A DNA stretch of 45,855 nucleotides from a virus: the IMG/VR virus record IMGVR_UViG_3300014494_000003; one strand, given 5' to 3'. The position numbers and the translations under genes were made by a program. The notes beneath the pieces were generated by a model, which worked only from the letters and a program-made list of their open reading frames with translations, had not been told where the DNA came from and ran no database searches. This document shows positions 24,023-30,731 of this stretch, piece by piece. Numbering within the stretch: the stretch's first letter is position 1; every line of letters begins with the position of its first letter.

Positions 24023-24160
24023 GCAGTGCGCTCGGGCCAGGCGAGCTCCAGAGCACCACGCTTTGCACTTCGGGCAGCGGGTGCGCTTCTTGGGGCGCCC
24101 TCCGGAGAACGTGTTCCTGAGGGCGGCGAGTTTGCGGCCGGCGTCTCTACCGATTGCCAT
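24002..24160 (-). CDS. Small basic Cys-containing protein, 52 aa (below the ORF-track cutoff from this ATG)
   Basis: The sequence is MAIGRDAGRKLAALRNTFSGGRPKKRTRCPKCKAWCSG... Third positions are G/C-rich. It overlaps the recombinase 3' end convergently by 21 nt. Confidence 0.4.
   Translation of the reverse strand: MAIGRDAGRKLAALRNTFSGGRPKKRTRCPKCKAWCSGARLARAHCSRDAKQ
24033..24048. repeat. 16-nt direct repeat cgggccaggcgagctc, copy 2
   Basis: It is identical to 23209..23224. It lies just past the recombinase stop, inside small (-) ORF 24002..24160. Confidence 0.5.
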
Positions 24161-24425
24161 CGGGATCTCCATTCCCCACTGGGGCCGCATCAAGCTCGAA
24201 CCCCCACTCGATGCCACTCCAGGCTGATTCTGCCAGGCTGATAGCCTCATCGATGGTGCGCCCGGAGATCTCGGTGTCGCTGCCATCATCGCCGAACCAG
24301 CGATAGCGGCCATCCTCGCTGAGGTGCAGGCTCATGTGTGCGCGGCCGTTCTCGGCCTGGCCGTCATTGTTCACCGTGGCGCCCACTGGGGCCGCGGCGG
24401 GGTTGGTTGCGGATTCGTTTTCCAT
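24147..24425 (-). CDS. Hypothetical acidic protein, 92 aa
   Basis: ATG 24425 has no SD-like motif upstream and an extended -10-like TGtAACAAT 5 nt upstream. Confidence 0.5.
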   Translation of the reverse strand: MENESATNPAAAPVGATVNNDGQAENGRAHMSLHLSEDGRYRWFGDDGSDTEISGRTIDEAISLAESAWSGIEWGFELDAAPVGNGDPDGNR

Positions 24426-24647
24426 GGTTCATTGTTACACAATCTGCGCTGTTTGTGCAAGTGGTGTTATACCTTAGGTCGATCTACGTCGAGGTGTGAA
24501 GTGAGACGGAACGCTACAACCAGAGGGGGGGGTGGGGCCTGATTTCCGAGGGCGCGGCTCGCTTTCTGGCGCCTCCTGCGTGCGCGCGAGGGTGAGCGGC
24601 AGTCCACTGCCGGTCAGTTGGTGAGCAATTCGCGGCCGGTGGAGAAA

Positions 24648-24711
24648 CCCGGGCCTGGAAAGTAGCGGTGCCGACCAATGGGCATCGGTGGGCACCTGAT
24701 GCAGGCCCGGG
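24648..24711. other. Nested stem-loop element in a non-coding region
   Basis: CCCGGGCCTG (24648..24657) pairs perfectly with CAGGCCCGGG (24702..24711). This encloses an inner GGTGCC...GGCACC stem. Confidence 0.35.
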
Positions 24712-24878
24712 GGATCTTAGCAGCAACCATTGTTGCCCATTTCTCTGCGGTTTTCCAGTCCCAGTGGTTGGTTTTTTGGGCCTGGTACCTTTGCGTGGGT
24801 GGGTGGGTCCTGCCTGGCTGACCAACCTACGAAGAGAGTAGAGGAACGGAGGTTCTGGATTCTACTTCAAGGATGGGC

Positions 24879-24960
24879 GGAACTGGAGTTCCCTCTCAGG
24901 GTGAACTGGAGTTCCTGGTGCCGGCGGTTTTCTGGGCCGTTGGGGTGAACTGGAGTTCAC
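24879..24960. repeat. Iteron array (3 copies of GAACTGGAGTTC with flanks): candidate replication origin
   Basis: The cores lie at 24880..24891, 24903..24914 and 24947..24958, spaced 23 and 44 bp apart. The array is just upstream of the Rep gene, and an AT-richer stretch follows. Confidence 0.7.
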
Positions 24961-25256
24961 TGAAAGGACTTACACCGAAGATTTAGGGTTTGCGCGGGCG
25001 CGGCGGTTGGGAGTAAAATCGTGGCGATCTTAGCTCTGTACCGGCGGGGTCCGAGCGACCCATGCACTTTTGTTCAACCTGTCCCGCCGGATTTCGGCAT
25101 CATGACGTCATAAGCGGAGCGGGTGGCTGGCACCGAAGTATACGTTATCGGAAGCTGAGCCCTCGCCCGGAAAGTAGAGAAGTGGGAAATGGGCAACACG
25201 GAAGGTTCCTCCTGTAGGTCTGGTGTTCCCCCTTGTGGTCTCGGTTGGAGGCGCGT

Positions 25257-26570
25257 GTGAGCGCGGCCGCGCAGTCTGGCCGGCGGCGCGTTCCGCGCAT
25301 CGGGCGCGGCTACAACCTGGGGCGGTTCGAGAAGCGCGGTGTCATCCCCTACGAGTTCACGCCAGTGCTGAAGGGGCTGTTTGTCCTTGGCTACGCCGCT
25401 GACCTGATCGGCACGAAGTTGCTGGCGATCGGAATCGTCAATGATCTCCTCTGGGGGCGAGCCAACAACGATGGAGCGCCGGAGTGGACAGACCCGGTGG
25501 ACGTGAATGGCATGGCGGAGGCTGCGAACGTCTGCAAGCGCGACATGCAGGACACGCTGACCGAGTTGGTGGAGCTGGGGCTGCTGGAACGCCGACCGGC
25601 GGGCGTGACGTTCCGCTATCGGGTCAACTGGCCAGCGGTGAAGGCGCTGCGACAGCGAGCCCCGCGGCGGATCAAGCAGCCGGCCAGGACGGCGCGGGTT
25701 GACGGTCCGCAGCTCATGGCTGCCAAGACGGGTATCAAGGAACCTGAGCCCGAGCCTGAACTTGAGACCGTCGAGGCGGTGGTCCAGTGTCCGGGGTGCG
25801 GCCTGGTCTACCCGGTCGAGCTGGTCGAGATCGACGGCGTGCTGACGAGCGAGGGCCTGGCGCCGATTGCGGCTGCCCGGGGGGGTCCTACCACTGATTA
25901 CCACCCTCCTGGCAAGGAAGCAGTTTCCGAAAACTCGCCCGTGCAGTTTCATCAACTTAACCTCGTGGAGGTGAACTCCAGTTCACCCCAAGAAAACGCG
26001 GATGTACCACCACCCGAGCGGAGGCACGTCGGGCGGAGCTGGGAAGCGGTCAAGCGACGCTTGGCCGACAAACTGTCCCCCGAGGCGTTCGATAACTGGC
26101 TGGCTGGGACTCGAGAAGTCGGCCACACGAACGTGATGCTCGCCGTCCACGTCCCGAACCTGGCAACGAAGCAGTGGCTCACCGAGGAGTACGACGACCT
26201 GGTGCGCGATGCGATGCTCGCCGAGGGGCTGGCGGTCCGCGTCGAGTATGTGATTCCAGCGACGTTCGTCTGCCGGCCTGGGCCAGAGGAGGACGATGGC
26301 GAGCCTGAGCTGAAGCTACCATCTTCCGACGACTCCAAGGCGGCGATGGTGAAGTGGCTGGAGTCGGTGGTGCCCGCGGACACGGTCGGTCGGGGCCTGT
26401 CGACATGGCAGGCCGAGGAGCTCTGGAAGCTGAAGCGGAAGATCGGCCGGGAGAAGTTCTGCAACGCGGTGCTGGCGAAGGTGCGGAGCGGCTACCAGAT
26501 TCGAAGCTGGGGCCTGGTGATCCAGGTGGTGCAGGATGCCGCGAAGATCGCGGCAGAGCGGAGGCACTGA
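25257..26570 (+). CDS. Replication initiator: winged-helix domain plus DnaA-domain-I-like module
   Basis: GTG 25257 lies 5 nt after GGAGG. TLTELVELGLLERRP looks like a wHTH. SWEAVKRRLADKLSPEAFDNWLAGT...VMLAVHVPNLATKQWLTEEYDDLVRDAM resembles the DnaA N-terminal domain. Iterons lie upstream. Confidence 0.7.
   Translation: MSAAAQSGRRRVPRIGRGYNLGRFEKRGVIPYEFTPVLKGLFVLGYAADLIGTKLLAIGIVNDLLWGRANNDGAPEWTDPVDVNGMAEAANVCKRDMQDTLTELVELGLLERRPAGVTFRYRVNWPAVKALRQRAPRRIKQPARTARVDGPQLMAAKTGIKEPEPEPELETVEAVVQCPGCGLVYPVELVEIDGVLTSEGLAPIAAARGGPTTDYHPPGKEAVSENSPVQFHQLNLVEVNSSSPQENADVPPPERRHVGRSWEAVKRRLADKLSPEAFDNWLAGTREVGHTNVMLAVHVPNLATKQWLTEEYDDLVRDAMLAEGLAVRVEYVIPATFVCRPGPEEDDGEPELKLPSSDDSKAAMVKWLESVVPADTVGRGLSTWQAEELWKLKRKIGREKFCNAVLAKVRSGYQIRSWGLVIQVVQDAAKIAAERRH
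25971..25986. repeat. Fourth iteron copy, inverted (GTGAACTCCAGTTCAC), inside the Rep gene
   Basis: It is the exact reverse complement of 24945..24960. It falls between the two Rep domains. Confidence 0.6.
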
Positions 26571-27016
26571 TGGCTGAAGACACGACTCGAACCGGGTTTT
26601 TGATGTCGCTGGCGCGGATGGCGGCGGCGATTTGGGTGGGGTTGCTGGCGGCTCTCGGGATGCAGGGCGCCACGCGCGTGGCGCTGAGCCAGTTGCACGG
26701 GGCACCAGGCGCGCAGTTGGTGGGACTCGATGCGAACGGCAACGGCGTGCCGATCACGCTCAAGCCGGGGATCACCCTGCAGGACGGTTACCTCAACATC
26801 GAGCTGTCGAGCACGCCGATCCGCTCCTACAACATCGTTCTGACGCGTGACGCGTCGGGCACTTACACGGTGCCATCGCAGGCCGTGCGCTCGACGATCA
26901 TACTTCGCAACGGGATCCGGCAGGCGCTGACTTTGGACTACACCATGGTGGGCGCGGTGGTGACTCCGGTGGGCGCGTGGGCGGCCGATGACTTCGTGGC
27001 ATGCGACGGGCAGTAA
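26570..27016 (+). CDS. Membrane-anchored or secreted beta-rich protein, 148 aa
   Basis: The ATG overlaps the Rep stop. The N-terminal hydrophobic segment is MAAAIWVGLLAALG. Confidence 0.5.
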   Translation: MAEDTTRTGFLMSLARMAAAIWVGLLAALGMQGATRVALSQLHGAPGAQLVGLDANGNGVPITLKPGITLQDGYLNIELSSTPIRSYNIVLTRDASGTYTVPSQAVRSTIILRNGIRQALTLDYTMVGAVVTPVGAWAADDFVACDGQ

Positions 27017-27028
27017 GCGGAGGCGGCG

Positions 27029-27253
27029 ATGGACATGGATCAGGTCTCGGTTGTTTTGGATGACGTGACTTTTTTCGGTTGCCCGGAAACCGGGACGATC
27101 GGGATGCGCATCCGTGGTGTCACCGTGCAGGTGGAGCCGGCCTTTGCTCGGGCGATGGCCACAGCGCTGATGCAAGCGGCCAACTACGTCGAGTCTTCGC
27201 GAGAGATGCAGGCGGCAGTCAAGGGTGGTGGGTTGAGGAACGCGGTGAACTGA
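27029..27253 (+). CDS. Hypothetical protein, 74 aa
   Basis: A ggagg motif lies upstream of the ATG. Confidence 0.5.
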   Translation: MDMDQVSVVLDDVTFFGCPETGTIGMRIRGVTVQVEPAFARAMATALMQAANYVESSREMQAAVKGGGLRNAVN

Positions 27254-27750
27254 TGCCCTGCCCGTTCTACGGCTTCAAAGTACACGCGGTCGAGCACGTC
27301 TTGACGGCCTCGGTGGGCATGCAGTGCTCGCTGCGCATGGTGGAGTACGCGCCGTGCCGCATGGTAGTCGACGAGCACCGGGAGCCGAATTGGCAGACGT
27401 GCCATTGGTTCAACTTCGCCGGCCTCGGCAGGCCTGCGGTGGCGCTCTTCGAGAGCTTCTCCGTCTGCTTTTTCGACGGTCGCGAGGCGATCCCGTTTCG
27501 GCAGTGGTTCTTGGAGCATGGAGGTACGAATGCGGGAGACGACGCAGCCGGAGGCGTTCCGGAAGCTGCTCCAGGAGCTGGATTGTCTGGCGATCCAGAT
27601 GATGGTCGCGGTGAAGGAGGCGGGCTGCGGCGGCTGCACCGTGATCAAGTGGCGATACCACAACCCGGAGAGGACCGTAGTGCTCGGGGTTCAAAGGCTG
27701 GCGAGGACGCTGGCGAGGCGCACGGACGCGATCCACATGAAGCGGTTTGA
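27253..27750 (+). CDS. Cys/His-rich hypothetical protein whose frame runs on into the next gene
   Basis: The ATG overlaps the upstream TGA. The coding-like signal lasts to about 27520. The remaining 77 or so codons to the stop have A/T-rich third positions. Confidence 0.4.
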   Translation: MPCPFYGFKVHAVEHVLTASVGMQCSLRMVEYAPCRMVVDEHREPNWQTCHWFNFAGLGRPAVALFESFSVCFFDGREAIPFRQWFLEHGGTNAGDDAAGGVPEAAPGAGLSGDPDDGRGEGGGLRRLHRDQVAIPQPGEDRSARGSKAGEDAGEAHGRDPHEAV

Positions 27751-27805
27751 CGTGAGGATCGACGTGGTTGGTGACGAGGAGAAGGCCGGTGCCGCTCACT
27801 CCTGA
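27530..27805 (+). CDS. Hypothetical protein, 91 aa
   Basis: GGAGG lies 5 nt upstream of ATG 27530. Third positions are G/C-rich. Confidence 0.55.
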   Translation: MRETTQPEAFRKLLQELDCLAIQMMVAVKEAGCGGCTVIKWRYHNPERTVVLGVQRLARTLARRTDAIHMKRFDVRIDVVGDEEKAGAAHS

Positions 27806-28208
27806 GCAACGGAAGCTCTGCGACGCCAACGGCGACCGCATCTACAACGGTCGGGCGTATGAGGCGCGGCGGGCGCGGCTGATCGAGCGCGCGGGCGACA
27901 AATGCGAGTTTTGCCGTGTGCCGAATTACAAGACGGTCCGGCGGGCGCACGGGGGTTCCTGGAAGCATGGCGACCACTGGTACTCTCCGGACGGTCTTCC
28001 GCCCCGCGCGTGGCGCAAAGTGCGCACGGTTCGCATCGTGCTGACGCTGGCGCACCTGTGGCACGATCCGCAGCGCAACGCCGACGACGAGCTGGCGATG
28101 CTGTGCCAGTGGTGTCACTTCCACCACGACACGGGCCAGCACAAGCAGACGCGGATCGCGCACAAGGACGCCAGGCGGCCGCTGTTCGCAGCGTTGGAGG
28201 CGGCGTGA
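27789..28208 (+). CDS. HNH endonuclease
   Basis: The motifs are CEFCRV...LTLAHLWHDP...DELAMLCQWCHFHHD. GTG 27789 lies 7 nt after GAGGAG; the listed ORF starts at TTG 27768. Confidence 0.8.
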   Translation: MPLTPEQRKLCDANGDRIYNGRAYEARRARLIERAGDKCEFCRVPNYKTVRRAHGGSWKHGDHWYSPDGLPPRAWRKVRTVRIVLTLAHLWHDPQRNADDELAMLCQWCHFHHDTGQHKQTRIAHKDARRPLFAALEAA

Positions 28209-28438
28209 CGGAGACGCAAAAGCTGATCCAGACTAAGATGAGCGCGGTCGTGTGGATGACGGCGCGCGAGATCGCCGACAAGGCCAACCCCGCAGGTAGT
28301 GTGGTGCACGGGCTGGGCGTGCTGCTGCGCTTGGGTCTCATCGAAGCGAAGCTGCTGCGCATGCGCCCGTTGAAGGTGTACGGCTACCGATTAGCGAAGG
28401 GCGAGGAGGTGGCGCGTGCCAACAAAGCAGCCTCCTAA
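28205..28438 (+). CDS. Winged-helix DNA-binding protein, 77 aa
   Basis: The start is in a GTGA overlap. The sequence MTAREIADKANPAGSVVHGLGVLLRLGLIEAK...YGYRL fits a winged helix. Confidence 0.5.
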   Translation: MTETQKLIQTKMSAVVWMTAREIADKANPAGSVVHGLGVLLRLGLIEAKLLRMRPLKVYGYRLAKGEEVARANKAAS

Positions 28439-28685
28439 GCTCGCAACGAAGGGGGAGGTCACCCACAAGGTACGGTTGGATCGCGATGGCTACGTGCGGT
28501 GCCGCGTCTGCAGCTGCACCGAGCGCGAGCCGTGCGATCCGCCGTGCTCGTGGGCGGAAGAGGACCTGTGTTCCCTTTGCGCCAGCGCGGTGGACGCTCT
28601 GTTCCACTGGGAGAGCGGCGCGCATCGCCCGAGCTGGGCGGCGCTGCGGCGCGACGTCGCGCGACTGCTGGGGGGAATGCGATGA
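28416..28685 (+). CDS. Cys-rich protein, 89 aa
   Basis: It contains CRVCSCTEREPCDPPCSWAEEDLCSLC. Confidence 0.45.
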   Translation: MPTKQPPKLATKGEVTHKVRLDRDGYVRCRVCSCTEREPCDPPCSWAEEDLCSLCASAVDALFHWESGAHRPSWAALRRDVARLLGGMR

Positions 28686-28906
28686 AGGTCGGCGACACGG
28701 TGGAGGTCCTGACGCCCGGGGCGCTGTTCCCGAAGGACGTGCTTGGCAAGGTGAATCGGATCGCCGGCGACCGCGTCGTGGTCTGCTTCCCTGGGAATTG
28801 GCGGGTCTACTACCTACCTGATCAGATTCGAGTGGTCGATTCCGTGGAGGAAGGTAAGGAGGTGCGGATGGCGCAAGAGGCCACGGCGAGGGCCGTGGTC
28901 ACATGA
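28682..28906 (+). CDS. Small beta-barrel-like protein, 74 aa
   Basis: The start is in an ATGA overlap. MKVGDTVEVL...GDRVVVCFPG has a KOW/SH3-like flavour. Confidence 0.5.
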   Translation: MKVGDTVEVLTPGALFPKDVLGKVNRIAGDRVVVCFPGNWRVYYLPDQIRVVDSVEEGKEVRMAQEATARAVVT

Positions 28907-28924
28907 TCGTGATACCCGGCAACG

Positions 28925-28949
28925 AGCGGGCGGGTCCGCCCTGCCCGCT
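28925..28949. terminator. Hairpin between convergent genes (no clear U tract)
   Basis: agcgggcggg tccg ccc(t)gcccgct forms a 10-bp stem with one bulge. Confidence 0.35.
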
Positions 28950-28962
28950 TCCCTGCCCTGCC

Positions 28963-29466
28963 TCAGAGCTTCTCCAGGTCGAGGCGGTTCACCCGCAGCG
29001 GGGCCTTCTCGCCCGTACACGCGACGCGGATCTTGCCCATGAGCCCGGCTGCGCGGATCATGGCCATCGGCAGGCCGGTGATGTGGGCGGCGCGGCGCAC
29101 GCCTACGTAGTAGGGCTCCGGCTCCGGCGGGCCCAGCCTGGCGCCGAGCTTCTCCAGGATCGGGCCGAGTTCCTGCATGTGGCTGATCGAGGCGGCGAAG
29201 GCGTCGAGCGCGGAGGCGACCGGGGCGACGGTGGCCAGCGCGTTCGCGTAGACCTCGCGCGCCGGTGGCTGGGGTTGGCCTGGCGGGATGGCCGGCACCA
29301 ACTCACCGGATTCGAGCTTGTCCTTCAGGGCCTCCACGTCTCCGATGGAGTAGCGACCGCGGCCGATGCGGCGGAGGTGCCCGGCTTTGGCGTAGCGTTC
29401 GACCTGGCGGATGCTGCATTGCAGACGCCTGGCGGCGTCGTCTCGGGTGAGGAATGGCTTGGTCAT
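28963..29466 (-). CDS. DNA-binding protein with two MerR/excisionase-type HTH modules
   Basis: The N-terminal module is FLTRDDAARRLQCSIRQVERYAKAGHLRRIGRGRYSIGDVEAL. The C-terminal module is YVGVRRAAHITGLPMAMIRAAGLMGKIRV. A Pro-rich linker separates them. Confidence 0.6.
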   Translation of the reverse strand: MTKPFLTRDDAARRLQCSIRQVERYAKAGHLRRIGRGRYSIGDVEALKDKLESGELVPAIPPGQPQPPAREVYANALATVAPVASALDAFAASISHMQELGPILEKLGARLGPPEPEPYYVGVRRAAHITGLPMAMIRAAGLMGKIRVACTGEKAPLRVNRLDLEKL

Positions 29467-29484
29467 CGGGATAAGTATACGACG

Positions 29485-29501
29485 CGCGGGCCTGGCCCGC
29501 G
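29485..29501. promoter_or_regulatory. 17-bp palindrome CGCGGGCC t GGCCCGCG, candidate operator
   Basis: The arms are 8 bp and perfect. It lies 19 to 35 nt upstream of the double-HTH gene start. Confidence 0.35.
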
Positions 29502-29519
29502 TGACGTTTTGGGCCTTAG

Positions 29520-29651
29520 ATGATCTGGTATTCGGTGGTGGTACTTATAGCCTGCGCGGGGGCGGTACTGGTCTCTGGATGGTGGAAGAAGCGGAAGGCC
29601 GGCCGGGAACTCGCACAGATGCGGCAGCATTGCCGCGACTACCATTCGTAG
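29520..29651 (+). CDS. Micro membrane peptide, 43 aa (below the ORF-track cutoff)
   Basis: My translation is MIWYSVVVLIACAGAVLVSGWWKKRKAGRELAQMRQHCRDYHS. Confidence 0.35.
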   Translation: MIWYSVVVLIACAGAVLVSGWWKKRKAGRELAQMRQHCRDYHS

Positions 29652-29722
29652 CCCGTGCGGAGCGATGATCGGTCGCCCCGCGCGAGGTTGTTGAACTCAA
29701 TCTGACGTGAGCGCGACCGCTC

Positions 29723-29917
29723 TCACGCCGCCCGTTCTCCCCAATCGGAGTACTCCTCGGGTCGAATCTCGAGCTGCTGAAGCCTTCGGTAGAGCGTGGA
29801 GCGGCCCATTTGGAGAACATAGGCCGCGCCGTCTTTGCTGCCGTGGGTTGCGCGCAGTCCGTTCACGATCGTCTCGCGAACAGCTTCGATAACGGTTTTG
29901 GGAGCGGGCGCGCTCAC
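29723..29917 (-). CDS. Fis-type HTH DNA-binding protein, 64 aa
   Basis: GSKDGAAYVLQMGRSTLYRRLQQLEI matches the Fis/NtrC C-terminal HTH pattern. The start is in a GTGA overlap with the upstream gene. Confidence 0.65.
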   Translation of the reverse strand: MSAPAPKTVIEAVRETIVNGLRATHGSKDGAAYVLQMGRSTLYRRLQQLEIRPEEYSDWGERAA

Positions 29918-30186
29918 TCGTTCTTGCCCCCTGCAAGTAAGAGAACAATGCCGGCGGCGAGGCCGCCGAACAGAAAAATCCGAACGTCAGACAGCAAACG
30001 GATGCGATTGGCTTCGGAGCGGCGGAGATCGCCCATAACAGGGCACTCCTGTTCTGAACAGAGAACACGGGGGGCGCTGGGTCGCCATTTCGCATCGGCC
30101 ATTGCTAGCCTCTGCATTTGCTTCAGGATAGGCCGGAAAACTCTTAGTGTAAAGTTCTTCACGTTGTTCTCCTCTCCATTGGCCAT
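29914..30186 (-). CDS. C-terminally anchored membrane protein, 90 aa
   Basis: It starts at ATG 30186. The C-terminal segment is IFLFGGLAAGIVLLLAGG. Confidence 0.5.
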   Translation of the reverse strand: MANGEENNVKNFTLRVFRPILKQMQRLAMADAKWRPSAPRVLCSEQECPVMGDLRRSEANRIRLLSDVRIFLFGGLAAGIVLLLAGGKNE

Positions 30187-30215
30187 TGGCTGCCCGCGTG
30201 CCGATGTAGGGTTGG

Positions 30216-30731
30216 ATGGCACCGAAGAGTAAACCGAGAAAGCCCACCAGCCAGGCCAAGCGCAGAGTTCGGCGCGTGAAGGTCGCGCAGGGATTACTGG
30301 CCGGCAAGACGCCGGCGGTGATCGCGCAGGAAGAGGGGATCAGCCGCGCGACAGCTTGCCGCGACGCTGCTTCTCCCGAATGCCGCATCCTCATCGCGAA
30401 GGCCCTGGACGGGCGCGCGGTGCGTATCGAGTCGCTCATAGATGATTCCTTGGACGCCATCGCCGCGGCGCTCAAGGCCTGCGCGTTTCAGCTCGTCGTC
30501 ACCGACACCACGAAGGGCGAAGGCGGCGAAGTGCGCACGCACAAGTCCGTGCAAGTGGGCGTCGACCACTACGCGCGCATGACCGGGGTGCGGCGCCTGA
30601 TTGACCTCTGTCTCGCTGGGAGACCCACTCCGAAACCCGATGAGGGACCCAAGGAGCTGGAGTCGATCACGTTTGAGCAGTTCAAAACTCTCCTGGAGAA
30701 ACACACCCGTGGAAATACAGGCACGGAATGA
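30216..30731 (+). CDS. Small terminase-like protein with an N-terminal HTH
   Basis: It has a basic N-terminus, then AQGLLAGKTPAVIAQEEGISRATACRD. It lies upstream of TerL. Confidence 0.45.
   Translation: MAPKSKPRKPTSQAKRRVRRVKVAQGLLAGKTPAVIAQEEGISRATACRDAASPECRILIAKALDGRAVRIESLIDDSLDAIAAALKACAFQLVVTDTTKGEGGEVRTHKSVQVGVDHYARMTGVRRLIDLCLAGRPTPKPDEGPKELESITFEQFKTLLEKHTRGNTGTE

Noticed and set aside
24426-24445. A shared TAACAAT just upstream of the starts at 24425 (-) and 18551 (+), as evidence for leaderless mRNAs.
   Set aside because: The spacing works only for 24425, and the -35 elements are weak. Two occurrences of a 7-mer are not significant without TSS data.
24525-24540. A G8-T-G4 run, and GGGTGGGTGGG near 24797, as G-quadruplex or phase-variable tracts.
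   Set aside because: There are too few independent G-tracts for a confident three-tetrad quadruplex, and the tracts are non-coding. The G8 run is worth remembering only as an indel-prone spot.
24426-25256. A tRNA or other canonical RNA gene in the long non-coding region.
   Set aside because: By eye I found no T-loop (GGTTCGAnTCC-like) sequence and no cloverleaf-compatible arms. A covariance-model scan is needed to be sure.
30199-30206. GCCGATGT upstream of 30216 as a sigma-28-type -10 element for the late operon.
   Set aside because: There is no TAAA-like -35 at the expected 15-nt spacing, and the element is only about 10 nt from the ATG.
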